Below, in pieces: positions 52,801-64,000 of a DNA stretch of 64,000 nucleotides. This DNA comes from the human T2T-CHM13v2.0 reference genome, Homo sapiens. The position numbers and the translations under genes were made by a program. Below the pieces are notes generated by a model, which worked only from the letters and a program-made list of their open reading frames with translations, was not told where the DNA came from and made no database searches. Position 1 is the first letter of the stretch. Every line of letters begins with the position of its first letter. The stretch lies in the NCBI RefSeq assembly GCF_009914755.1, contig NC_060945.1. One strand, written 5' to 3'.

Positions 52801-55800
52801 TTTTCTTTTTGACCATTTGGCCAGGCTGCAAATTTTTGAGTTCTGTTTCTCATTTAATATAAGAGTTGGGACTCATTTAATGTAAGATCCATCCAGATGT
52901 CATTTTCTCGGTCACACATAAGGGCACAGGCTGTTTGATACAGACAGGACACCCCTTGAGCTTTGCTGTCCAGAAGTTCATTCCAACAGATACGCAGTAA
53001 GTCATCACCCACAAGTTCAAAGTTTCACAGATCTCCAGGGCAGTGTCACTGTGCATCCACGTTCTTTGCTACAGCAAAACAAAAGGCACCTTGGCTCCTG
53101 TTTGCAGTAAGTTCCTCATTTTCATCTGAGAGCTTCTCAATCTGATCCTTACCGTCTATTTTCCTATGAGTCTTCTGATCACAAGTATTTAACAACTTTT
53201 TACAAAGATCCAAACTTTCCCTCATCTCCCTGTCTTTGAAGTCCTCCAAACTCTCCAGAACTCCATCTGCTACCCCCTTCTGAACCTGCTTCTACATTTT
53301 CAGCTATCTTTGTCACAGTCTGGCAGTGTGGTAAAGGAAGACAAGCCCATTTTCTTGGGAAAAATTCAAGGGGCTTCAGATACTTGAATGAAAAGAAGCT
53401 GAGTGCTGATTGCCAAGACATTAGGGAGAAGGCCTTGAAGACATTTAATAGATCCACTTTGCAGTAATAATTTTCTCCATAATCATAAAGAAAAGAGGTT
53501 TAATAGGTTAATGATTCTGCAGGCTGTAAGGAAGCATAGTGGCTTCTGCACCTGACAGGACTCAGGAAGCTTCCCAATCATACCAGAATGTCAAGGGGCA
53601 AGGAGATGTCTCATATGGGAAGAGTAGGAGCATGACAGAGAAAGGAAACAGGTGTCATGTCCCATTATACAAGCAGATCTCATGAGAACTCACTATCACA
53701 AGGTCAGCATCAAGAAGATGGTGCTTAAACATTGGTGAAGGATCCGCCCCACACACCCAACTCTCACTGTTTCTAGGCAGAAGCCTCCTACAGATGCAGA
53801 GCCTCTTGGAAAACCTCTATTATGGAAGTGCAGAAAGAAAATATGGGTTTGGAGTCCCCACACAGGTGGCCACCAAACTCCAGATCCCGGATTCATAGAC
53901 CCACTAGCAACTCACGCACTTAGTGTGGTAAAGCTACAGGCCCTCAATACCAGCCCACCCCACGAGAACAGCTGAGGGGCTAAAACCTGCAAAGCCACAG
54001 GTGCACTGCCCTAGTAGAGGTTTTCCACGAGGCTTTGCCTCTGCAGCAGGCTACTCCCCCTTCCTACTACCCCCCACCCTCCCACCACCCTACTGCCAAC
54101 CCACTCCTCCCAATCCTACCCATCCCTTTTACCTTCCACCGCCACCAACTTCCTGTCCATAATTAAGTCACTTGCTTCAACATTAGGGATTACAATTCCA
54201 CATGAGTTTCATAGGGACACACAGGAAAACCATATAATTCTGACCCTGATATTCCAGAATCTCATGTCCTTATCACAGAGCAAAATACCATCATGACCTC
54301 TCAAAAGTTTGCAAAAGTCTTAACTCATTCCAAATGTAAAAAATTCAGTCTCATCTGAGACAAGGCCACAGTCCCTTCTGTCTATGAGTCCCTGAATTTA
54401 AAACGGAGTTCTTTTCTTTCAAGGTACAATGATGGTAGAGACATTGTGTAAGCTTTCTCAGTCCAAAGGGAAGAAATTTCCCAGAAAAATAACACAAATG
54501 GGCCTACAGGCCCAATGCAAGTCCAAAACCCAGCGGGACAGTATTCACTCAGTCTCTCAGCTCCAAAATCATCAAGAGAACTCACTATCATGTGAACAGC
54601 ATTAAGGAGAGCGTGTTTATCCATTTGTGAAACATCCGCCCCCCACCCTCATCTTTCACTCCCACCCACAAAAAAATCTCTTCTATTCTCCCCACTCCCT
54701 TACCTCCAACCCCCATGCTTCTCCATGATTAAATCCCCTCCCACCAGGCCCCATTTTTAACATTCCCCATTATAATTCCACATGATTTTGGTAGGGATGC
54801 AGAGTCAAATCATATTATTCTGACCCTGGCCCCCGTATCTCATGTTCTTCTCACACTGCAAAATACCATGATGCCTTCTCTACAGTTTCCCAATCTCTTA
54901 ACTCATTCCAGCATTTACTGAAATGTCCAAAGCCCAAAGTCTCTTCTGAGACAAGGCTGGGGTCTCTTCTGCCCCTGAGCCTCTGAAATACAAAGTAAGT
55001 TAACTACTACCAAAGTACAGTGATTGTACACACATTGGGTAAGTATTCCCAGCCAAAAGGAAGAAATTAGCCAGAAAGAAGAACAAAACACAGATGGGAC
55101 TTACAAACCCCATAGGAGTCAAAAATCCAACAGCCAGTCATTGAATCCTACAGTTCCAAACCATTTTTTTTGAATCCAGATCCCACATTCAGAGCACAAG
55201 GGTATGAGGCCTGGGCTCCCAAGGCCTTGGGCAGCTCTGCACCTGTGAAGTTGCAGGGTCTAACCTCCACAGTTGTCCTCATGGGCTGGGCTGATGTTGA
55301 ATACCTATAGGTTTTCCACAATGAGGGTGCAAGCTGCTAGTAAGTCTATGAATCTGGTGTTTGCAGAATGGTGCCTCCCTGTATTGGGGTTCCAACCCTA
55401 TATTTTCCTTCTGTACTGCCCTAGTAAAGGAGGCTCTGCCTCTTGGAAAAATTTCGACCTGGACACCCAACTTTTTCCATACATACTCTGGAGTCCAGAC
55501 AAAGGATCCCCAGCCTCCAGTTTTGTGCTCTGAGCACCTGCTGGCTTAACACTATGTGGAAGCCACCAAGGCTTGCAGTTTGCACCCTCGGAAGCAGTGA
55601 CCCAGGCTGTACCTGTGCATCTTTCAACCATGGCTGGAGCTGGAGCTTCAGGAATCCAGCCAGCAGTGTCCTGAGGATGGACATAGCAGCGGGGTCATGG
55701 GGCTGGAGAAGGAAACCATTCTTTTCTCCCAGGCCTCAGGGCCTGTGATAGCAAGGGCTGCTGAAAAAGTCTCTGAAATGCCTTCAAGGCCTTTTTAACA

Positions 55801-58800
55801 TTGTATTGGCTATTAGCACTGAACTCCATTTTATAAACATTTCTGAAGCCTTCTTGAACTTTCCCACTGATAATAAGCTTTTCTTTTTGACCACTTGGCC
55901 AGGCTGCAAATTTTCACAACTTTTAATCTCTCCTTGTCATTTAAATATGTTTCACCTTGAGGTCATTTCTTTGGTCACATATTTTCATGTGAGACCTTCT
56001 AAGCCTGGTGGTCACTGTCCATCCTTATGTCACCTTCTTAATTATAACTATTTAACAAGTCTCTACACTGATCCAAACTTTTCCTCATCTTCCTGTCTTC
56101 TTCCAAGACCTCTAAACTCTCCAACCTCTGGCCATTACACACTTCTTAACCTGCTTCTACATTTTCAGCTACATGTGTCACAGCCTGGCAATGTGGTAAA
56201 AGAAGAAAAGTCCATTTCAGGAGAAAAATTAATGCAGGCTTTAGACGTTTGCCTGAAAAGAAGCTGAGTGCTGATTGCCATGACAATAGGGAAAAGGTCT
56301 TGAAGGCATTTCATAGCTCCACTTTACAGCATTAATTTTCTGTATAATCAGAAAGAAAAGAGGTTGAACTGGCTCATGGTTCTGCAAGCTTTAAATAAAT
56401 CATAGAGGCTTCTGCTTCTGGGAGGACTCAGGAAGCCTCCCAATCATACCAGAAGACCAAGCAACAATGGGAAGTTTTATATGGCAGAAGTAGAAACAAG
56501 ACAGAGAGGAAAAAGGTGGCACACGTTGTATAAACCTGTTATACAACCAGATTTCCTGAGAACTCACTATCACAAGGTCAGCATCAAGAAGATGTTGCTT
56601 AACCATTGGTGAAAGATCTGCCCCCTACCACCCCCACCCCCCACTGTTTCCAGGCAGAAGCCTGAGGCACAGGCAGAGCCTCTTGGAAAACCTCTACTAG
56701 GGCAGTGCAGAAAAAATATATGGGCTTGGAGGCCCCACGCAACCATCCACCAGACCACAGATTCATAGACCCAACAATAGCTTGCATTCTCAGTATGGAA
56801 AAGCCACAGGCACTCAACACCAGCCCAGCCGACGAAGGCAGCCATGGGGGCTAATGCCTGCAAAGCCACAGGTGCACTGCCCTGGTAGAGCTTTTCCATG
56901 AGGCTCTGCCTCTGCAGCAGGCTACTCCCTCTTCCTACTGCCCACCACACTCTCACCACCCTACTGCCAGCCTACTCCTCCCCACCCTACCCACTTGTTT
57001 TCCCTTCCACCCCTACCAACCTCCCATTTGTGATTAAATCACTTCCCACCAGGCCCCACCTGCAACAGTCAGGAATACAATTCACCAAGAGTTTTTGTAG
57101 GGAAACACAGTCAAACCATATTATTCTGACCCTGAAACCCCCACATCTCATGTCCTTCTCACACAGAAAAATACAAACATGCCTTTTCAAAAGTTTCCAA
57201 AAGTCTTAACTCATTCCAGCAGTAACTCAAATGTAGTAAGTTCAAGTCTCATCCAAGACAAGGCTGCAATCTCTTCTGCCTATGAGTCCCTGAATGTAAA
57301 AGACAATTCTTTTCTTTCAAGTTACAGTGATGGCACAGGCACTGGGTAAGCTTTCTCAATCCAAAGGGAAGATTTTCCCTGAAAAATAACACAACTGGGA
57401 CACAGGCCCAATCCGAGTCCAAAACCCAGCAGGACAGCATTCATTTATCATGAGAACTCACTATCGCACAGACTGCATTAAGGTGATAGTATTTAACCAT
57501 TTGTGAAGGATCTGCCACCCATCCCCATGTTTCACCCTCACCCACACCATGAACCCCCATTCTCCCACATCCACCTTCCAACCCCCATTCTCTACCATGA
57601 TTAAATCACCTTCTACCAAGCCCCACATTTGACATTCCCCATTACAATTCCACATGAGTTTTGGAAGGGACACAGAGCCAAATCATATTATTCTCCCCTT
57701 GGTCCCCAACCTCATGACCTTCTTATACTGCAAAATATAATGATGTGTTCTCTAAGGTCCCCCAATGTCTGAACTCATTCCAGCATTTACTCAAATGTCC
57801 ATTTGTGAAGGATCCACCCCCCACCCCTCCCTTTCAGCCACAAATGCACCACAATCCGCCAACACTCCCCACCCACCTATAGCCCCAACCCTCCACACCA
57901 CCCCCAGCATCCACCCTCCATGCTCCACCATGATTAAATCACCTTCCACCAGCCCCCACCTTTAACATTTCCCATTAAAATTCCACATGAGTTTTGGTAG
58001 AGACACAGAGCCAAAACATATTATTCTGCCCCTGGTCCCCCAAATCTCATGTCTTTTTCATATTGCAAAATGCAATGATGCCTTCCCTAGAGTCCCCTAA
58101 ATCTCAACTCATTCCAGCCTTTACTCAAATATCCAAAGCCCAAAGTCTCTTCTGAGACAAGGCTGCAGTCTCTTCTGCCCTGAGACTCTGAAATACACAG
58201 CAAATTAACTACTTCCAAGGTACAATGACTGTACTGGCATTGGTTAAGCATTCCCAGGCAAAAAGAAGAAATTTGCCAGAAAGAAGCATAAAACACAGAT
58301 GGGACTTACAAACTCCCTGCAAGTCAAAAGCCCAGCAGACCAGTCATCCATCATACACCACCAAATCACCTTTTTGGAATCTATGTCCACATCCAGAGCA
58401 CAGGGTGATGTGACAGCTGGGATCCCAAGGCCTTGGGCAGCTCTGCACCTGTGGCATTGCAGAATCTTTCCCCTACAGTTGCCCTCATTGACTAGGCTGG
58501 TGTTGAGTGCCTGTAGCTTTTCAACACTAAGGGTGCAAGCATCTGGTGCGTCTATGAAACTGGGGCCTGGAAAATGGTGCCTCCCTGTATGGGGACTCCA
58601 ACCCTATACTCTCCTTGTGTACTGCCTGAGTAGAAGTTTACGATGAGGCTCTGCCTCTTGGAAAAGCTTCTGGCTGGACAATCAGGCTTTCTGATACATC
58701 CTCTGAAGTCTAGATGAAGGCTCAGAAGCTTCTAGTCCTTGCTTTATGCAACTGCTGGCTTAACACCTTGTGGAAGCCACCAAGTCTTCGAGCTTGCATC

Positions 58801-61800
58801 CTCTGAAGCAGTGACACAAGCTGTACCTGTGCATCTTTCATCCATGGCTGGAGCTGGAGATGGAGCTGCAGGGATGCAGGCAGCAGTGTCCTGAGGCTGC
58901 ACACAGCAGTGGAGCCATGGGGCTGGTGCAGGAAACCATTCTTTTCTCCTGGGCCCCGGGGCCAGTGACAGCAAGGGCTGCTACAAAGGTCTCTGAAATG
59001 CCTTCAAGACCTTTTTCCCATTGTCTTGAATTATTAGCACTGGGATCCTTTTTATGCAAATATCTGAAGCCTTCTTCACTTTCCCCCAGAAAATCAGCTT
59101 TTCTTTTTGACCACTTGTGCAGATTACAAATTTTGCGTATGTTTAAACTCTCCTTCTCATTTAAATATAAGTTCCAACTTATAGTCATTTCTTTGATCAC
59201 ACATAGGTGCGCAGGCTGTTCAATGTAGGCAGGACAACTCTTGAGCATTGTTGCTTAGAAGTTCATTCTACCAGATACACTCTAAATCATCACCCTCAAG
59301 TTCAGTTTCACAGATCTCCTGGAAAGGATCAATGTGTAGTCAATTACTTTGCTAAGGCAAAACAAAAAAACCTTGGCTCCTCTTCCCAGTGAGTACTTCA
59401 TTTTCACCTGAGATCTTGTAAGCCTGACATTCACTGTCCATCCTTATGTTAGCCTTTTAATCACAACTATTGAACAAGTCTCTGCAATGGTCCAAACTTT
59501 CCCTCATCTTCCTGTTTTCTTCCAAGATCTCCGAACTCTCTAACCTCTGGCCATTACCTAATTCAGAACCTGCTTCTACACTATCAGGTATCATTTTCGC
59601 AGCCTGGCAATGTGGTAACAGAAGAAAAGTCTATTATCAGGGGGAAACATCAAGATGGTATCCAATATTTGCATTGAAAAAAGCTCAGTGCTAATAACCA
59701 AGAGATTGGGGGAAGGCCTAGAAGTCATTTCATAGCTTCACTTCGCAGCATTAATTGTCTGTATGTACATAAAGAAAAGAGGTTTAGTTGACTCACAGTT
59801 CTTCAGGCTATAAAGAAAGCATAGTGGATTCTGCTTGTAGGAGGACTCAGGAAGCCTCCCAATCAAACCAGAGGCCAAGCAGCAATGAAATGTTTCATAT
59901 GCCAGAAGTAGAAGCAAGACAGAAAGAGGAAAGAGGTGCGACATCCTCTTATACAACTAGATCTCATGAGAGCTCACTGTCAGGAGATCAGCATCAAGAA
60001 GATGGTGCTTCACTGTTGGTGAAGGAACCGCCCACCACCCCATATCCACCACCCACTGTTTCCAAGTAGAAGCCTGAGACAGAGGCAGATCCTCTTGGAA
60101 AACCTCTACTATGGCTGTTTAGAAGAAAACTATGGGCTTGGAGCCCCCATGTAGGATACCAGCATCCTCCAATCCCCAGATTCATAGAACCATCAACAGC
60201 TCACACCCCCAGTATCGAAAAGCTACAGGCACTCAACACCAGCCCAGCCCATGAGAGCAGCTACAGGTGCTAAACCCTGCAAAGCCCCAGGTGCACTGCC
60301 TTAGTAGAGTTTTTCCATGAGCCTCTGCCTCTGCGGCAGGCTACTCCCATCCTGCTACACACCACCCTACAGCCAGCCTACTCCTCCCCACCTTACCCAC
60401 CTGTTTTGACTTCCAATCCAACCCCTCTCCCATCCATGAATAAATCACCTCCCACCAGGCCTCACCTGCAACATTGGGGATTACAATTACATGTGAGTTT
60501 AGGTAGGGACACACAGCTAAACAATATTATTCTGACCCTGATCCCCCAAATATCATATCCTTCTCACAGAGTAAAATACAATCATGCCTTTTCAAAAGCT
60601 GCCAAAAGTCTTAAGTCATTTCAGCATTAACTCAAATTTAAAAAGTTCAAAGTCTCACCTGAGAAAAGGCTACAGACCCTTTGGCCTATAAGTTCCTGAA
60701 TTTAAAAGGGATTTATTTTCTTTCAAGATACAAAGATGGTACAGGCATTGGGTAAGTTTTGTCAATCCAAAGGGGAGAGGTGTGCCAGGAAAATAACACA
60801 AATGGGATCACAGGGCCAATGCAAGTCCAAAACCCAGGAGGCCAGTATCCATTCAATCTCACTGCTCCAAAACAATCACAAGAACTCATCATCATGAGGA
60901 AAGGATTAAGGAGATGGTGTTTAACCATTTGTGAAGGATCCTACCCCCACCCCCACTTTTCACCCCTCACCCCCACCATAATCCACCCATTCTCCCCAAT
61001 CCCCACCTTCCAATACCCAGTGCCCTCCACGATTAAATCACCTTCCACCTGGCCCCACTTTCAACATTTCTGATTACAATTCCATATGAGTTTCCATAGG
61101 GACACACAGCCAAATCTTATTATTCTGTCCCTGCCCCACAAATCTCATGTCCTTCTCACTTTGCAAAATACAATGATGCCTTACTTACCATTCCCCAAGC
61201 CACTGTGCTTTTTTTTTTACAGCCTGCAGAACCATGAGCCCATTAAACCCCTTTTTGTTATGATCATACAGAAAATTAGTATTGTGAAGTGAAGCTATGA
61301 AATGCCTTCAATGACTTTTCCCCATCATCTCGGCTAAGACCCCCAAGGTCTTAACTCATTCCATCATTTACTCAACTGTCTGAAGCCCAAAGTCTCATCT
61401 AAGACAAAGATGCAGTCCCATCTCCTCCTGAGCCTCTGAAATACAAAGCAAGTTAACTACTTCCAAGGTATGATTGTCCAGACATTGAGTAAGAATTCCC
61501 AACCAAAAGGAAGATTTATGCCAGAGACAAGAACAAAACACAAACGGGACTTATAGGTCCCATGAAAATCCAAAACCCAGCAGGCCAGTTATTCAAACCT
61601 ACAGCTCCAAAGTCATCCTTTTTCAATCCTTGTCCCACATCCAGGGCACAAGTGTATGAGGGCTGGGTTCCCAAGGCCTTGGGCAGCACTCTACCTGTGG
61701 CTTTGCAGTGTTCAGTCCCCACAGCTGCCCTCATGGGCTGTGCTGGTGTTGAGTGCCTGTAGTTTTTACCCACAGAGGGTACAAAGTTCTTGGTGGGTCT

Positions 61801-64000
61801 ATGAATCTGGGGTCTGCATGATGCTGGCATCCAGTGTGGGTGCCCCAACCCCATATTTTCCTTCTGCAATGCCCTAGTAGAGGTTTCCCAGGAGTCTCTG
61901 CTTTTTTGGCAGCCTTCTGTCTGGACACCAAGACACTTTCATACATCTTCCGAAATCTGTATGAAGGCTCCAAAGCCTCTGGGCTAGTGCTCTGTGCACT
62001 CGCTAGCTTAAAACTATATGGAAGCCATGAAGCCTTACAGCCTGTACCCTCTGAAGCAGTGATGCAATCTGTACCTGTGCATCTTTCAGCCAAGGTCGGT
62101 GCAGGAGCTGGGGCAGCCGGGTTTCAGGCAGCAGTGTCCTGAGGCTGCACACAGCAGCAGGGTCATGGGGCTGGCCCAGGAAACCATTCTTCTCTAATAG
62201 GCCCCAGGGACTGTGACAGCAAGGGCTGCTGCAAACATCTCTGAAATGCCTCCAAGGCTTTTTCCCCCAGTGTCTTGGCTATTAGCACTGGCCTCCATTT
62301 TATGCAAGTTTCTGGAGCCTTCATGAATTTTCCCCCTGAAAATCAGCTTTTCTTTTTAACCACTTGGCCAGGCTGCGGATATTCCAAACTTTTGAGCTCT
62401 GCTTGTCATTTAAATATAAGTTCCAACTTGAGGTCATTTCCTCGGTCACACATAACCTCGGTCACACATGAAAGCACAGGCTGTTTGATGCAGACATGCC
62501 CCCACCCTTGTGCTATGCTGCCTAGAAGTTCTTTCCACCAGATATGCACTAAATCTTCACCCTAGAGTTCAAAATTTCACAGATCTTGAGGGCAAGGTCG
62601 CCCTGCAGCCATGTTCTTTGCTACAGCAAAACAAAAGCTAACCTTGGCTCCCGTTCCCAGTAAGATCCTCATTTTCATCTGAGACCTTGTAAGCCTGGCC
62701 TTCACTGTCCATCCTTCTGCCAGCCTTTTAATCACAACTATTTAACAAGTGCCTACAATGGTCCAAATTTCCCTTCATCTCCCTGCCTTCTTTCAAGATC
62801 TCCAAACTCTCCAACCTCTGGCTGTTACCCACTTCTGAACCTGCTTTACATTTTCAGCTATCTTTGTTGCAGCCTGGCAATGCAGAAGAAAAAGAAGTCC
62901 ATTTTCAGGGGGAAAACTTCAGGAAGCCTTCAGATATTTGCATTAAAAAGAAGTCCAGTGCTAATAGCCAAGAAGATGGGGAAATGTCATTGAAGATATT
63001 TCATAGCTCCACTTCGCAGTACTTTATTTTCTGCATGATCATAACGAAAAGGGGTTTAATTGGCTCATGGTTCTGCAGGCTGTAAAGAAAGCATAGTGAC
63101 TTCTGCTTCTGGGAGGACTCAGGAAGCCTCCCAATCATACCAGTAGGAAAACAGCAATGAAATGTTTCATACAGCAGGAGTAGGAGCAAGGCTGAGAGAG
63201 GAAAGTGGTGCCACACCGTCCTATAACCAGATCTCATGAGAACTCACTATCACTAGGTCAGCATCAAGAAGATGGTGCTTAAACATTGGTGAAGGATCCG
63301 CCCCCCAACACAGCTCCACCCCCTACCGTTCCAGACAGAAGCCTGCTGCAGAGGCAGAGGCTCTTGGAAATCCTGTACTGTGGCAGTGCAGAAGGAAAAT
63401 AAGGGCTTTGAGTGACTATGCAGGAGGCCACCAGCCTCTAGACCCCAGATTCATAGACCTACCAACAGTTCACACCCTCAGTATGGAAAAGTGATAGGCA
63501 CTCAACACCAGCCAAGCCTATGAGAGCAGCCTTGTGGGCTAAAGCCTGCAAAGCCACAGGCGCACTGCCCTGGTAGAGGTTTTCCAAGAGCCGCTGTCTC
63601 TGCAGCAGGCTACACCCCCTTCCTACTACCCACCACCCTCCCACCACCCTACAGCCAGCCTACTCTTCCCCACCCTACCCACCCCTTTTTTCTTCCACCC
63701 CTACCCCTCCCATCCATGATTAAATAATCTCCCACCAGACCCCAACTCCAACATTTGGGATTACAATTCCACATGAGTTTTTCCAGGGGCACACAGCCAA
63801 ATCATATTATGCTGACCTTGACCCCACCAAATCTCATATCCTTCTCACAGAATAAAATAAAATCGTGTCTTTTCAAAGTTTCCAAAAGCCTTAACTCATT
63901 CCCACATTAACTCAAATGTAAAAAGTTCAAAGTCTCATCTGAGACAAGGCTACAATCTCTTCTGCCTATGAGTCCCTGAAGTTAAAAGGGTGTTCGTTTC
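43868..64000. repeat. MST (MaLR) LTR/internal-derived macrosatellite, ~2.9-3.5 kb units, about 6.5 units, continuing past the window end
   Basis: Marker aaaagaggtt (diverged to aaaaggggtt in the last) recurs at ~46877, 49989, 53491, 56356, 59775, 63047; units are made of MST LTR and MST-int pieces in mixed orientation. Confidence 0.92.
50633..51183 (+). mobile_element. Solo ERV1 LTR (LTR6A/B, HERV-S71-like) inserted in array unit 3
   Basis: TGTGATACCCTACCTTGTTTTAACCTGA start, TATAAAA at ~51048, AATAAA at ~51120, ends GGTTACAAC; imperfect 4-bp TSD (a/c)ttt; array sequence resumes on both sides. Confidence 0.75.

Noticed and set aside
43868-64000. Dozens of 60-150 aa ORFs in the array as a tandem gene family
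   Set aside because: They are MST LTR/internal translations on both strands with frames not conserved between units.

Overview
Primate (human-like) genomic DNA with no intact protein-coding gene. It is a pericentromeric-type segmental-duplication mosaic. From left to right: Alu/L1/LTR-rich DNA containing a full-length BC200 (BCYRN1) copy and unidentified fossil exons; a solo HERV-K(HML-2) LTR5; a processed GXYLT1 pseudogene (-) head-to-head with a processed CNN2 pseudogene (+); a ZNF114-like zinc-finger fragment; a CYP4F pseudogene fragment (exons 7-9, -); and from ~43.9 kb to the window end a ~3.1-kb-period macrosatellite built from a rearranged MaLR (MST) element, one unit carrying a solo LTR6-like LTR. 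From memory, this order matches the GXYLT1P-CNN2P-ZNF114P/ZNF965P-CYP4F29P/34P blocks of 13q11/21q11.2 and paralogues; I cannot tell which copy this is. Two observations stand out. (1) Four TBC1D3/TBC1D26/USP6-family RabGAP exons sit directly upstream of the CYP4F exons, same strand and splice-phase compatible, giving an apparent TBC-CYP4F chimeric fossil gene analogous to USP6 (TBC1D3-USP32). (2) Each complete macrosatellite unit carries up to three built-in inverted repeats, making the array a candidate dsRNA/small-RNA source. All family calls are by eye and memory; no searches were run.
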